Source of the DNA: Candidatus Uhrbacteria bacterium RIFOXYC2_FULL_47_19 | GTDB taxonomy: Bacteria; Patescibacteriota; Patescibacteriia; SG8-24 | Direction of reading: 5' to 3' | DNA: 55,706 nucleotides | Assembly: GCA_001791745.1 (NCBI GenBank) | Contig: MGFG01000026.1 | Location: 1-55,706, forward strand | Shown here: positions 1 to 9,729 of the stretch, one piece after another | How positions within the stretch are numbered: the first letter of the stretch is position 1 | Layout: every line of letters starts with the position of its first letter | Made by a program: the position numbers and the translations under genes | Notes under the pieces: generated by a model | What the model saw: the letters and a program-made list of their open reading frames with translations, nothing else | What the model was told of the DNA's origin: nothing | Database searches by the model: none

Positions 1-32
1 CCTACGTCAGATACCAGCAAGGACAGGATTCA

Positions 33-89
33 GGTCAAGCGAAGCTTGTGCTGGAGTAGTACCACGGGCTTGCCCGTGGGGATCTATTT
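33..89. repeat. 57-bp dispersed repeat with CCACGGG-CTTG-CCCGTGG hairpin, copy 1
   Basis: Identical to 22307-22363. The hairpin resembles IS200/IS605-type or REP-type ends. Confidence 0.8.
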
Positions 90-179
90 AGAGCGGTTTT
101 TAGGCGATCGCCTTCTATACTCCCCTACTTTTATATATGCTGGTGTCATCGAATGAAATTTGGTCACCAATTTTGAGAT

Positions 180-2915
180 ATGAAAAAACGTCTAATTGTA
201 ATCGATGGTCATGCACTACTGCATCGGGCTTGGCATGCATTACCACCTCTTTCTACTAAAGATGGGTTGGTTGTTTCTGGGGCCTATGGATTTTTTATGA
301 TCCTACTGAAGGCCATAAAGGAACTAAAACCATCTCACTTGGTAGTAACTTTCGATTTGGCTGGACCAACTTTTAGACATAAGGAGTACAAAGCTTACAA
401 AGCTACTCGTGAGGAAAAGCCTGATGAACTTTATGCGCAAGTGCCGATTATCGAGGAGATCCTAAAGCAGATGGATATTCCAGTTTGTTCAGCCTCTGGT
501 TTCGAGGCTGATGATGTGATAGGTACTATCGCTGTTACGGTCAGGGATCAGAATCCAGAAGTTGAAGTGATTATTGTAACTGGAGATAAAGATACTTTGC
601 AGTTGGTTAATGATGGAGTATCAGTATATACCCTAAGAAAAGGAATGACCGATACAGTTCTTTATAATCCAGCTGGAGTAGAAGAAAAAATGGGTGTTCG
701 ACCGGATCAGATGGTCGACTATAAAGCTTTACGCGGTGACCCATCTGACAACATTCCTGGTGTTCGAGGTGTTGGCGAAAAAACAGCCGTAGATCTTATA
801 CAAAGATTTGGTTCGTTGGCCAATTTATATAAGGCATTGGATGCTAATCAAGCGGAAATCAGTGATTCAGTCCGGCGGAAGTTAATTGAAGGCAAAGACG
901 ATGCTTTAATGTCTCAAAATTTGTGTCGTATCCGGACTGATGTGAAGATTAATTTTCATCTTGTGGACGCAGAGTTTAAACCAGTCACCAGAGAAGCGGT
1001 TCAGGATTCTTTTGAACGCTATCAATTTAGTCGACTACTTACTCAATTACCAAAATCCGATTCCGAAGAGGGACGCAAGGCTGGTGGTCAATTGGGATTA
1101 TTGGGTGAGACCGGTTCGGTGGAGGAAGAAGAACAGCAGTTTGTAAAACATGCCTGGATCGAGGTTAAGACTGTTGCTGAATTGAATAAAATAGTCGAGA
1201 TGCTCAAAAAAACCAAACGTCTGGCCTTTCGTTCTACTGTGTTATTGAATGATAATAACAACTCCTCTATCTCACCCGATCTTTTGGTTTTGAGTGATGA
1301 AAAGGTAGTTTATCTGATATCTAAGGAGATTTTAACAGAGGGTGCAGGTGTTATTAGTAGTCTTTTTTCTGGTCACGGAACGGAGTTGATTTGTCATGAT
1401 CTTAAGACTGAGATTCGTCGGCTTCAAACCCTAGGAATTGAGATCAAAAATCGTACTTTTGATCTAATGTTAGCCTCGTATTTGCTCCATGCTGGAGAGC
1501 GACGTCATTCTCTTGAGGCTATACTTTCTTTTTTGCGTGGTATATCGACCCCAACCAAACATGATGATGTCTCGACCAATCAATTACAGGAACGATTGGT
1601 AGTCGAGGTTAGTCAACTTGCCTCTTTAGCTGATGAATTTTCTATCCAACTCAGGAACAATGGACTACTTGAGGTGTTTTGGGATATGGAGGTTCCACTT
1701 GCTCACGTTCTGGTGCGCTTAGAACACAATGGAGTGGGGTTGGATTCCAAATATCTTTTGAAGTTTTCGGAGGAGTTAGAGAAAAAGATTGATAGTTTGA
1801 CTGCCGAAATTTATGGTTTGGCCGGAGAAGAATTTAATTTAAATTCACCCGGGCAACTCAAAGATGTGTTGTTTGTTCACTTAGGTTTATCGGCTGCTGG
1901 ATTGAAGAAGACTGTAAGTGGGCAAACTTTATCGACAGCTGCTGCAGAGCTAGAGAAGATAAAAGATCAACATGAGATTATTGGGCGAATACTTGATTAT
2001 CGCGAATTAGCCAAGCTTCAATCGACTTATGTCGAGGCTCTGCCTCCATTGGTTGATCCAAAGACCGGTCGGATACACGCCGATTTTAATCAAACTGTGA
2101 CAGCTACCGGTCGATTATCTTCCTCAAATCCGAATCTTCAGAATATTCCAACAGCCGGTTCGGAGTATGGGAAAAAAGTTCGTGATGCTTTTGTCGCACG
2201 GGAAGGTTCAGTCTTACTAGCAGCTGACTATTCGCAGATTGAACTTAGAATAGCGGCGCATATTGCCAACGAGCAAACCATGATTAATGCCTTCTCTTCT
2301 GGTGAAGATATTCATTATCGGACCGCAGTTGAGATGTTTGGTGAAGACAAGGCTAAAGAGAGTAGACGAATTGCCAAGGCTATTAATTTTGGAATTCTGT
2401 ATGGTATGGGCGCTCAACGTCTGGCAGCTAGTACTGATCTGCCAGTAACTGAAGCTCGGAACTACATTGATCAATATTTTGCTCTTCATGGCGGTATTGA
2501 GCAGTACATTCAAGAGACTAAGGAAAAATTAGCTACCGACGGATTTGTTGAAACTATCTTTGGAAGAAAGCGTTTCTTTCCTAACTTTCATCTTCTTAAT
2601 CAGAGAGAGCGAGCCGAGGCTGAACGCCAAGCGGTAAATATGCCAATTCAAGGTTCTTCGGCTGATATGATTAAGAAAGCCATGATCAATATCGATCGCC
2701 TACTAGGTGAACGCTATGGATATGGGGATGATTCGCCAGTTCAGATGATCTTACAGGTTCATGACGAGCTTATTTTTGAAGCCAAAAAAGAACTTGTTGC
2801 TGAAGTAGCCAAACTAGTAACCAAAGAAATGGAGAGTGTGATCAAGCTAAAAGTCCAGATTACTGTAGACATTAAGACCGGAGAACGTTGGGGTTCAATG
2901 GAAAAATTGGTTTAA
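180..2915 (+). CDS. polA: DNA polymerase I
   Basis: 5'-3' exonuclease motifs (IDG, EADD, TGDKD, GDPSDNIPGVRGVG) and family A motifs (TATGRLSS.PNLQNIP, DYSQIELR, KAINFGILYG, QVHDEL). The 3'-5' exonuclease domain looks degenerate. Confidence 0.98.
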   Translation: MKKRLIVIDGHALLHRAWHALPPLSTKDGLVVSGAYGFFMILLKAIKELKPSHLVVTFDLAGPTFRHKEYKAYKATREEKPDELYAQVPIIEEILKQMDIPVCSASGFEADDVIGTIAVTVRDQNPEVEVIIVTGDKDTLQLVNDGVSVYTLRKGMTDTVLYNPAGVEEKMGVRPDQMVDYKALRGDPSDNIPGVRGVGEKTAVDLIQRFGSLANLYKALDANQAEISDSVRRKLIEGKDDALMSQNLCRIRTDVKINFHLVDAEFKPVTREAVQDSFERYQFSRLLTQLPKSDSEEGRKAGGQLGLLGETGSVEEEEQQFVKHAWIEVKTVAELNKIVEMLKKTKRLAFRSTVLLNDNNNSSISPDLLVLSDEKVVYLISKEILTEGAGVISSLFSGHGTELICHDLKTEIRRLQTLGIEIKNRTFDLMLASYLLHAGERRHSLEAILSFLRGISTPTKHDDVSTNQLQERLVVEVSQLASLADEFSIQLRNNGLLEVFWDMEVPLAHVLVRLEHNGVGLDSKYLLKFSEELEKKIDSLTAEIYGLAGEEFNLNSPGQLKDVLFVHLGLSAAGLKKTVSGQTLSTAAAELEKIKDQHEIIGRILDYRELAKLQSTYVEALPPLVDPKTGRIHADFNQTVTATGRLSSSNPNLQNIPTAGSEYGKKVRDAFVAREGSVLLAADYSQIELRIAAHIANEQTMINAFSSGEDIHYRTAVEMFGEDKAKESRRIAKAINFGILYGMGAQRLAASTDLPVTEARNYIDQYFALHGGIEQYIQETKEKLATDGFVETIFGRKRFFPNFHLLNQRERAEAERQAVNMPIQGSSADMIKKAMINIDRLLGERYGYGDDSPVQMILQVHDELIFEAKKELVAEVAKLVTKEMESVIKLKVQITVDIKTGERWGSMEKLV

Positions 2916-3100
2916 GCACCGGTTGGTAGCAAGACTGTTACGAAATAACGGCTTTTGTTTTTGTAAGATTTTTTGTTTGATGGACACGATTAAAATCGTA
3001 AACTAAGCTGAAGCGAGGGTGGTTAGTCTTTAGGATCAAATAATGACCATAGGATTGTTGCTTTTGATCTAAAATAAGCCAAAAAATTCGAATTTGGGAT

Positions 3101-4075
3101 ATGCGTTTTTTGATTTGTGGTTCGGACATCTTTAGATCTAGAAAAAAACTCGCTTTAATACGCGAGCGTTTTAAGCAAACTCGTGATCCGTCCGGATTAA
3201 ATACGGATATTTTTCGAGCTGGTGATCGTACTTCAGTCGAGCTGGCCGAGGCTATACTTACCTACCCGTTTTTAGGTGAACGAAAAATGATCATTGCTGA
3301 TGGTTTTTTGTCACATAATAAAGCAGACCAGGAAGTGATTTTAAGTGCTCTACAACGACAACCAGAAACAACAGTCGCGGTATTTTACGAACCGACAGAT
3401 TTAGCTAATCTTAGTGGCTCTCCCCTACTTCCATTTTTGATTAACGATAGGTTTACCGAGGAATTCAAATCATTAGTTGGTGAACAGGTCACTGGATTCA
3501 TTGCCTCGGAATGTGAGAATTATGGTCTGAAGATAGAGATTAGGGCTTGTACTGAGTTAGCTCAAGCCACCGGAGCTGATTCTTGGCGATTGGTTCAGGA
3601 AATCTCCAAACTCTGTTCATTTGCTGCTGCAAGAGGTGAGCAGGTCATCTCTACTTCAATGATTAAGGAGTTGGTAGTCGGAACTAACGAAGAATCAATT
3701 TTTGATTTTTTAGATGCCTGTTTTGACGGTCGTTCCAGACGTGCTATTCCCCTACTAGATCGATTGATTCAATCCGGAGTGAATGATTTGCAGATTTTGG
3801 CAATGTTACAGCGACAATTGCGGATTTTGATAGGCGCTCGAGATTTATTAAATCGTGGTATTAGTGATCGCCAGACCATTGCTGGAAAGTTGGGTGTTCA
3901 TCCTTACCCCGCTGGTAAGGCTATAGCCTCGGTTCAACAGCTACAACTTACAGACCTAAAAAAAGCCTCTACTGAGTTAGTGGAAATTGAACGTAGATTT
4001 AAGTCTGGGACTGGCAAACTTTTAGCGGAGCTGACTTTGTTTGCTTGTTCAGTTCAACAACCAAGAAGACCTTAA
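3101..4075 (+). CDS. holA: DNA polymerase III delta subunit
   Basis: About 324 aa. PFLGERK, EISKL, IFDFLDA, LGVHPY and a C-terminal K.G motif typical of HolA; converges on rpsT as is common. Confidence 0.9.
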   Translation: MRFLICGSDIFRSRKKLALIRERFKQTRDPSGLNTDIFRAGDRTSVELAEAILTYPFLGERKMIIADGFLSHNKADQEVILSALQRQPETTVAVFYEPTDLANLSGSPLLPFLINDRFTEEFKSLVGEQVTGFIASECENYGLKIEIRACTELAQATGADSWRLVQEISKLCSFAAARGEQVISTSMIKELVVGTNEESIFDFLDACFDGRSRRAIPLLDRLIQSGVNDLQILAMLQRQLRILIGARDLLNRGISDRQTIAGKLGVHPYPAGKAIASVQQLQLTDLKKASTELVEIERRFKSGTGKLLAELTLFACSVQQPRRP

Positions 4076-4105
4076 TTTTAGCTTAAGAAGATCTTTTTAG
4101 ATAAC

Positions 4106-4134
4106 AAAAACCCCGACTTGCATCGGGATTTTTT
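4106..4134. terminator. Bidirectional intrinsic terminator between holA and rpsT
   Basis: AAAAA-CCCCGA-CTTGCA-TCGGGA-TTTTTT hairpin between convergent genes. Confidence 0.7.
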
Positions 4135-4141
4135 GGCTTTT

Positions 4142-4423
4142 CTACTTAGAAGCCTTTTTAGCAGCCTCTTTTCTGATACCGATCGTTAGGCGTGATTTGA
4201 TGCGTGAAACAGTGTTCTTTTTGAGGACTCCGTTTTGCGCTGCCTTATCGACCGATTTCACTACACTCTTGGCTAAAGCTTCAGCCTTCTTGATATCTCC
4301 AGCTTCCAAGGCTTTACGAGCCTGCCTTCGGAGATAAGTCACGTTTTCTTTGACTCTCTTATTGCGCGCTTCCCGGGTTTGGGTCTGGCGCAAGGCTTTC
4401 ATTGCCGACTTTTTGTTGGGCAT
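4142..4423 (-). CDS. rpsT: 30S ribosomal protein S20
   Basis: MPNKKSAMKALRQ...RN...DKAA..GV.KKN..SR.KSRL. Confidence 0.97.
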   Translation of the reverse strand: MPNKKSAMKALRQTQTREARNKRVKENVTYLRRQARKALEAGDIKKAEALAKSVVKSVDKAAQNGVLKKNTVSRIKSRLTIGIRKEAAKKASK

Positions 4424-4491
4424 AAACGACTATTTCTTAGTTGTTCCAGGATTCAGAGACAACGGGATGATAGCTCAAGCTGCTCTGGTCG

Positions 4492-5478
4492 TCAAGCCTG
4501 ATCATCCCCTTCTATAAGTCCCGGGCTAATATCATCCAAGAGCTTAACTTGATCGAGCTTGCCGGCCAATTTTGAGTAACCAGAATGAACGGTATCCATG
4601 GCCCCCTTAGCATTGGTGACATGCCTAGATAAAACATTGATAGTACCTTCGAATTTTATAGATTCTTGCTGTACTCCTTTTAAAATATCCCAAATCTTTT
4701 GAGATTGTTCTTGGAGTTTGGTTCTTTCCATACCCATCAGTATCACTCGCAGGAAGTTTAGAAAGCCGTGTGGCGAGGTCATTAGGACATTTTTCCCTTT
4801 GGCATAGTCGAGTAGATTTGATTCGTCATCGGTCAGAATGTGGTAATAGACATTCTCTGATGGGATGTACATGACGGCAAAATTGACCGTACCCTCGTCA
4901 GGTAGTAGATATTTTTTGCTAATGTCATCAATATGCCGCTTTACTGCCTTAATGAATTCTCGTTGTGATGATTTGCGTAAGTCATCAGTCTCGGCTCTGG
5001 AGAGTTGTTTAAAGTTCTCTAGTGGGAACTTGGAGTCAATTGGGATAAGGCCGGATTTAGTGCGGATAATAGCATCGACAGTTTGGCCATCACGGAATTT
5101 ATATTGAAGTTCATAATGACCTAACGAAAACACCTGAGCCAGCATGTCTGCTAAGATTTGCTCTCCAATATTCCCCCGTAGTTTAGGATGAAGCAGCTCA
5201 CTAAACTCCTCAAACCCTTTAAATCGCTCCTGAACGGTCCCTAGTTCGCGTTGAACCGACATGATGACCTGAGCAGCACGGTCAAGACGTGAATTTATTG
5301 ATTCGGTCGTCTTATCTAGTCTTTCATTCATTCCCTGAATATTCTGGTTCAACATGACCAGACCACGATCGTTGCCACGAGCATCATCAGTAATTTTGAT
5401 ACGACGACTTAATGAAAAGAAGGCAAAAATTAAAAAAGCTACTGCTAAAACGAGTACGAAAAGTAAGAGTTCAGTCAT
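4492..5478 (-). CDS. rmuC: DNA recombination protein RmuC
   Basis: N-terminal TM helix, coiled coil, PKLRGNIGE, PIDSKFP, HI.DISKKY, FAVMYIPSE. Confidence 0.93.
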   Translation of the reverse strand: MTELLLFVLVLAVAFLIFAFFSLSRRIKITDDARGNDRGLVMLNQNIQGMNERLDKTTESINSRLDRAAQVIMSVQRELGTVQERFKGFEEFSELLHPKLRGNIGEQILADMLAQVFSLGHYELQYKFRDGQTVDAIIRTKSGLIPIDSKFPLENFKQLSRAETDDLRKSSQREFIKAVKRHIDDISKKYLLPDEGTVNFAVMYIPSENVYYHILTDDESNLLDYAKGKNVLMTSPHGFLNFLRVILMGMERTKLQEQSQKIWDILKGVQQESIKFEGTINVLSRHVTNAKGAMDTVHSGYSKLAGKLDQVKLLDDISPGLIEGDDQA

Positions 5479-5746
5479 AGTATCCTAGAGTATATGTCTT
5501 AAGGCTTTCCTTCGGAAGGTTAAGCGGTGGATAAGAATTTAGATCCTCAAAAACCACCGTCTCCATTTAAGAGATTAAATATATTAATATAGTATTTTAC
5601 GACGCATCTTTTTAGCTTATTTATCATAAAATTTAAAGATTACCTCTCTAGTTTTTCGAGTAATTTTTTAAGTCAAAGTCTTCGCTTAATCGAACTTTAG
5701 AATCTTCACAAACCCGAATTATCATGTTATACTCATTCGCGAGCTG

Positions 5747-5821
5747 GTCCCTGTAGCTCAATGGATAGAGCAGATCTCTCCTAAGGATAAGATGGAGGTT
5801 CGACTCCTCCCGGGGACACCA
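5747..5821 (+). tRNA. tRNA-Arg(CCT)
   Basis: Acceptor GTCCCTG/CGGGGAC, anticodon loop CT-CCT-AA, GGTTCGACTCC T-arm, encoded CCA. Confidence 0.92.
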
Positions 5822-5916
5822 CTTGAGCGTATATTCACACATGTGCATAAACTGTTACTACTGTGGATATAAAGAAATCATTAAAGATTTTTAAGGCTTA
5901 AAATAAAAAAGTATTA

Positions 5917-5992
5917 GGGCCCGTAGCTCATCTGGTAGAGCGCTGCGTTCGCATCGCAGAGGTGAGGAGTTCGAGTCTCCTCGGGTCCACCA
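5917..5992 (+). tRNA. tRNA-Ala(CGC)
   Basis: G3:U70 pair, anticodon arm CTGCG-TTCGCAT-CGCAG, TTCGA loop, CCA. Confidence 0.95.
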
Positions 5993-6023
5993 TGCCCTAT
6001 AGCAATCAGTTTAATAGGGAACC

Positions 6024-6050
6024 AAAAAAACCAGAGAGATCTGGTTTTTT
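6024..6050 (+). terminator. Terminator after tRNA-Ala
   Basis: AAAAAAACCAGA-GAGA-TCTGGTTTTTT. Confidence 0.7.
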
Positions 6051-6372
6051 GTTTCTCGTGTAACTTGTTTTAGGTAATAATTTTTTATTACCTGCAAAAT
6101 CTTGGATCTTAGCCTAAGGGATTTTTTAAGAAATTAATTAGTGGGGATTTTTTGAAGTTTCTTATGAAACAAGGAATCAAATTTTTTTCTTCATAAGAAT
6201 GAGCCTTTTTCTAAGGAAGACGGAGAGAGGTGTTTTATCTTTTTAAGATTTTTGTGTTTTTAAGTTGTAAAACTTACTAATTTTGATTTTTTATCTTTTT
6301 AAAGTAGTTTTTTAATTTAAGCTTATTTTATAATTGTACGACACTATAAAGATGATTAGGATTAATTATTTT

Positions 6373-6511
6373 TTATCCACATCCATAAAAATTGATTGTG
6401 GATAATTCCTTTTTAAGATTAGAAATTCTTTAAAGTAATCCACAGAAGTTTTTATCCACAAAGAAATAATAGAAAAAGACCTAAGATTAGCGAAAAAAAC
6501 AGTGTTGATAA
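6373..6511. promoter_or_regulatory. Cluster of DnaA boxes in AT-rich intergenic DNA
   Basis: TTATCCACA 6373-6381, TGTGGATAA 6397-6405, TAATCCACA 6436-6444, TTATCCACA 6452-6460, TGTTGATAA 6503-6511. Confidence 0.75.
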
Positions 6512-6513
6512 CT

Positions 6514-6542
6514 TTGACCATAGCTCAGAAAAATGTTACCAT
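6514..6542 (+). promoter_or_regulatory. Sigma70-type promoter of the surface gene cluster
   Basis: TTGACC-17 bp-TACCAT with an extended -10 TG. Confidence 0.6.
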
Positions 6543-6551
6543 ATTATATGT

Positions 6552-7385
6552 ATGGGGAGGGCAATGGTAAAAAACAAAATGGGGATTTTTAAGATAAAAA
6601 AAACGATATATTCAGAATCCATTTTTTTGGTGATGGTTTTTACCGTCATTTTTTTTGCCTGCTGGTCTGGTGATGCAGTTGAGGCTATGAGTTCAGCTAA
6701 TTATGAGGTTACTGGTGACACCATCAGTATTGGGGGAGGTAACTCTAGTTCTGCAAGTTACGTTGCTGAAGACACTTTTGGTGATATAGCCTCAGGCGAA
6801 GACCTACAAAGCGCTAATTACAGTGGATGTTCAGGCTTTCAGTGCGTCGATGGGTCACCTTATATCAGTTTTTCCGTGAAAGAGGGGACTTCAAAACCTG
6901 GTGTGGAGGGGACAGGGGTAGCTCTGGGTTCGCTTTCTACCTCTTCAGTTACGACCTCTGATGGAGTGGGTGTAAATTCAGTCTTTGTTTTAACTGAAAC
7001 ATCTGCAGATAACGGATTGGCAGTCGGAGTCATTAGCACTTATTCTGGCTTAAAGCGATTTTCAACCTCAGACATCATCAGTTCTTCTTCGGCCACACTC
7101 TCTGCTGGTAGTGAAGGATATGGAGTTTGTGTTGGTTCAGCTGCTGAAGATTTAGACAGCCCAGATACACTTTCAGCTTCTGCGCCTTACGATGGAGTTT
7201 GTAATAAAGTCAACGGTCATGATGTGGGTTTGGTGGATGGTACACTTCGAACGATTGTTGATTCCTCGGGACAGATTAAAGGTGGAGATATTGAGATATT
7301 GGTCAAGGCCTCAATAAGTCCAGTCTCTGCAGCTGGTAATGATTACATTGATACACTGACCTTTATAGCGACAGGAACTTATTAG
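6552..7385 (+). CDS. Secreted pilin/WxL-like subunit (minor); start may be 6564 or 6579
   Basis: Signal peptide ending near AVEA, MSSANY N-terminal motif, Ser/Gly-rich beta protein, C-terminus AGNDYIDTLTFIATGTY. Confidence 0.7.
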   Translation: MGRAMVKNKMGIFKIKKTIYSESIFLVMVFTVIFFACWSGDAVEAMSSANYEVTGDTISIGGGNSSSASYVAEDTFGDIASGEDLQSANYSGCSGFQCVDGSPYISFSVKEGTSKPGVEGTGVALGSLSTSSVTTSDGVGVNSVFVLTETSADNGLAVGVISTYSGLKRFSTSDIISSSSATLSAGSEGYGVCVGSAAEDLDSPDTLSASAPYDGVCNKVNGHDVGLVDGTLRTIVDSSGQIKGGDIEILVKASISPVSAAGNDYIDTLTFIATGTY

Positions 7386-7422
7386 AGTTTTATCGATATT
7401 CAGGCCTCCTTATTAAGGAAAT

Positions 7423-8598
7423 ATGGAAAAGACACTCAAAAAAATGTTGGCCAAATTAGCAGTGATTTCACTGTTGGTGTCTTCTTTCATGGTTGTTGGC
7501 CCAGTCGAAGCTAATAGCTTCACTTCCATGAGTGACACCATGACGCGCCTTAAGACGAGTACTACAGCTGATCACACGATCGGACTGACCCTTCCGGCTA
7601 CTTATAATTTTGATGCCACTGGTAGTACTGATGTGATTATGATCGACTTTCCTGCAGCTAACTTTGTGATGGGTGGTGTTTGGGCAACAACCGACTTTAC
7701 TTTTAGTGACGGCACCTCTAGGACGATAAACGCTATTAATCAAGGTGCAGGCATCACCACAGTTGTTTGTGCTGATGGTGCTAATAATGTTGGAGTAGCG
7801 ATAGACACGACAGCACTGGATTTTCGGGTTATGCCTTGTGGTTCCAGTTATACTCCACAAGTAGCTGGTGCAACTATTGCCTTTACAATTGATGGGACAA
7901 CAACTGATGGGACTTTAACTAATCCAGCGGCGGCAAATACCTATACGATTAGTTTGGCCATGACCGACGAGGGTTCAGTTAACGCTCACACTGGTAGTAT
8001 TTCAATCGGTGTAGTGGACAATGATCAAGTCGCCGTTTCAGCCAACATAGATCCCACTATTACCTTTGATATAGACACTTCGACTAATATCGAGGCCGAT
8101 ACAGCGACTCCGTATACCGTTTCTTTTGGGACAGTTACTACGGCGGATAGCAGAGTCTCTGGTGATACCGACTCTGTTAATTACATATTATTAGATCTAG
8201 CTACTAATGCAGCTTCAGGTGCATCTATAACCATACAAAATGCGAATGGCACATCCGGTATGGTGTCAACCTCTACTCCAGCCGATACCATAGATAATTC
8301 TGATGGGGCCATTGCCGACGGAACTGAACGTTATGGATTTTGTGTTAACACTACTACCTGGACATCTGGTTCACCTTTGACGATCAGTGCTGATTATCTT
8401 GGTATGACCTGCAATGCTGATGGTGAAACCAACGATGTCGAAGACCTTAATACTAATGGCAAGAGTATTGTCGAAGCAGCTGGTCCGATTGCTGGAGGGC
8501 GTGCGGTCATAGTGGCCAATGTTTCTGTTAGTGCAGTTACCGAGGCTCATGATGATTATGCAGATACACTGACTTTTGTGGCTACGGCTACATTCTAG
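7423..8598 (+). CDS. Secreted two-domain pilin/WxL-like subunit (probable major)
   Basis: Signal peptide (PVEA), Thr-rich. C-domain paralogous to 6552 (YG.CV, DY.DTLTF.AT.T[FY]); N-domain paralogous to the start of 9730. Confidence 0.72.
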   Translation: MEKTLKKMLAKLAVISLLVSSFMVVGPVEANSFTSMSDTMTRLKTSTTADHTIGLTLPATYNFDATGSTDVIMIDFPAANFVMGGVWATTDFTFSDGTSRTINAINQGAGITTVVCADGANNVGVAIDTTALDFRVMPCGSSYTPQVAGATIAFTIDGTTTDGTLTNPAAANTYTISLAMTDEGSVNAHTGSISIGVVDNDQVAVSANIDPTITFDIDTSTNIEADTATPYTVSFGTVTTADSRVSGDTDSVNYILLDLATNAASGASITIQNANGTSGMVSTSTPADTIDNSDGAIADGTERYGFCVNTTTWTSGSPLTISADYLGMTCNADGETNDVEDLNTNGKSIVEAAGPIAGGRAVIVANVSVSAVTEAHDDYADTLTFVATATF

Positions 8599-8620
8599 GT
8601 CAGTTGAACAATAAGAGCTT

Positions 8621-9658
8621 ATGGAGGAGACAAAAAAAATCGGTTTTAACCATTCCAGTGGAACAAAGAAAACCGTGCTAGCCATCAGCTCTAGTTTTTT
8701 GTTACTAATAGCTGTGTTTTTTCCGCGAGGAACGGAAGCGTTGACTCTTTCTCCACCACATTTTGATTATTCTTTGAATGCAGAGGATTCCGTTTTAGAT
8801 GTTATCAAGCTATTTAATGAGACTAATTCGACCGAAGTTTTTTATCCGATAGTAATGAACTTTGGGGCGAGCAACAACGAGGATGGTACGCCCAGATTTT
8901 ATCCAGCCTCTGAGGATAGATTAGGTGAAGGGATGGCGGAGTGGATTAGTATTGAGACCAACAAAATAGAGCTTGCTCCTGGTGGACGTTATAATCTGCC
9001 GTTTTCCATTAACCTTCCAAAGGAAAATGTAAAACCGGGCGGTCATTATGGAGCGATATTACTTTCTTCGTCTCCGCCGTCTCAGGACGGTGGCGCTGTT
9101 GGTGTGGCGTCTCAACTAGCAACGATAATTTTGGTTCGTGTATCGGGTGATGTGCAAGAGATTGGTGGTATAGCTGAGTTTGGCTTCTCTGATCCCCAGC
9201 CTTGGTATAATCATCTGCCAGTCGAGATGTTCATGCGTTTTGAAAACGCCGGTAATGTACATCTGAAACCAACTGGAAATTTAATCATAGAGAATTGGTA
9301 TGGCCGAAAAGTAGCTGATATTGGAGTCAATCCTGAGGCTAAAAATGTATTACCGTTGAGTATACGTAAGTTCGTCTTCGGATGGGGTAGTAAGATTAGT
9401 GACGAAGAGATGGGTCCAATAGAGACAGAGTTCCGGAACTTTGCTTTAGGTAAGTACACCGCTCGCTTGGTGATTAGTTACGGTACTACTAGTCAGGTGC
9501 TAGCTGCTGAGAGGATTTTTTATGTTTGGCCTTGGAGATTGATGCTGGTTATTGGAGTCGGTCTGATCGCACTTTTGATTATTTTAGTGGCGTTGAAGCG
9601 AGCCTACGATCGATCTCTCATTAAAAAGTTTAGTCGGACCAAGGGTGGTAGACTCTGA
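8621..9658 (+). CDS. DUF916/WxL-interacting-like membrane-anchored protein
   Basis: Signal peptide, LSPP start, LFN, WI, PGGHYGAI, FENAGNVHLKP.G, VLP.S.R, GKYTA, C-terminal TM helix and basic tail. Confidence 0.72.
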   Translation: MEETKKIGFNHSSGTKKTVLAISSSFLLLIAVFFPRGTEALTLSPPHFDYSLNAEDSVLDVIKLFNETNSTEVFYPIVMNFGASNNEDGTPRFYPASEDRLGEGMAEWISIETNKIELAPGGRYNLPFSINLPKENVKPGGHYGAILLSSSPPSQDGGAVGVASQLATIILVRVSGDVQEIGGIAEFGFSDPQPWYNHLPVEMFMRFENAGNVHLKPTGNLIIENWYGRKVADIGVNPEAKNVLPLSIRKFVFGWGSKISDEEMGPIETEFRNFALGKYTARLVISYGTTSQVLAAERIFYVWPWRLMLVIGVGLIALLIILVALKRAYDRSLIKKFSRTKGGRL

Positions 9659-9729
9659 TTCAGAAAATTGTATTTTTGGGATAGGGAAAGCTTGGACTGA
9701 CCCGATTAGGAGGAAAGGAGTTAATCAAA

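Noticed and set aside
5648-5848. 66-aa minus-strand ORF
   Set aside because: It is the antisense of tRNA-Arg. The other short antisense ORFs inside long genes were likewise treated as shadows.
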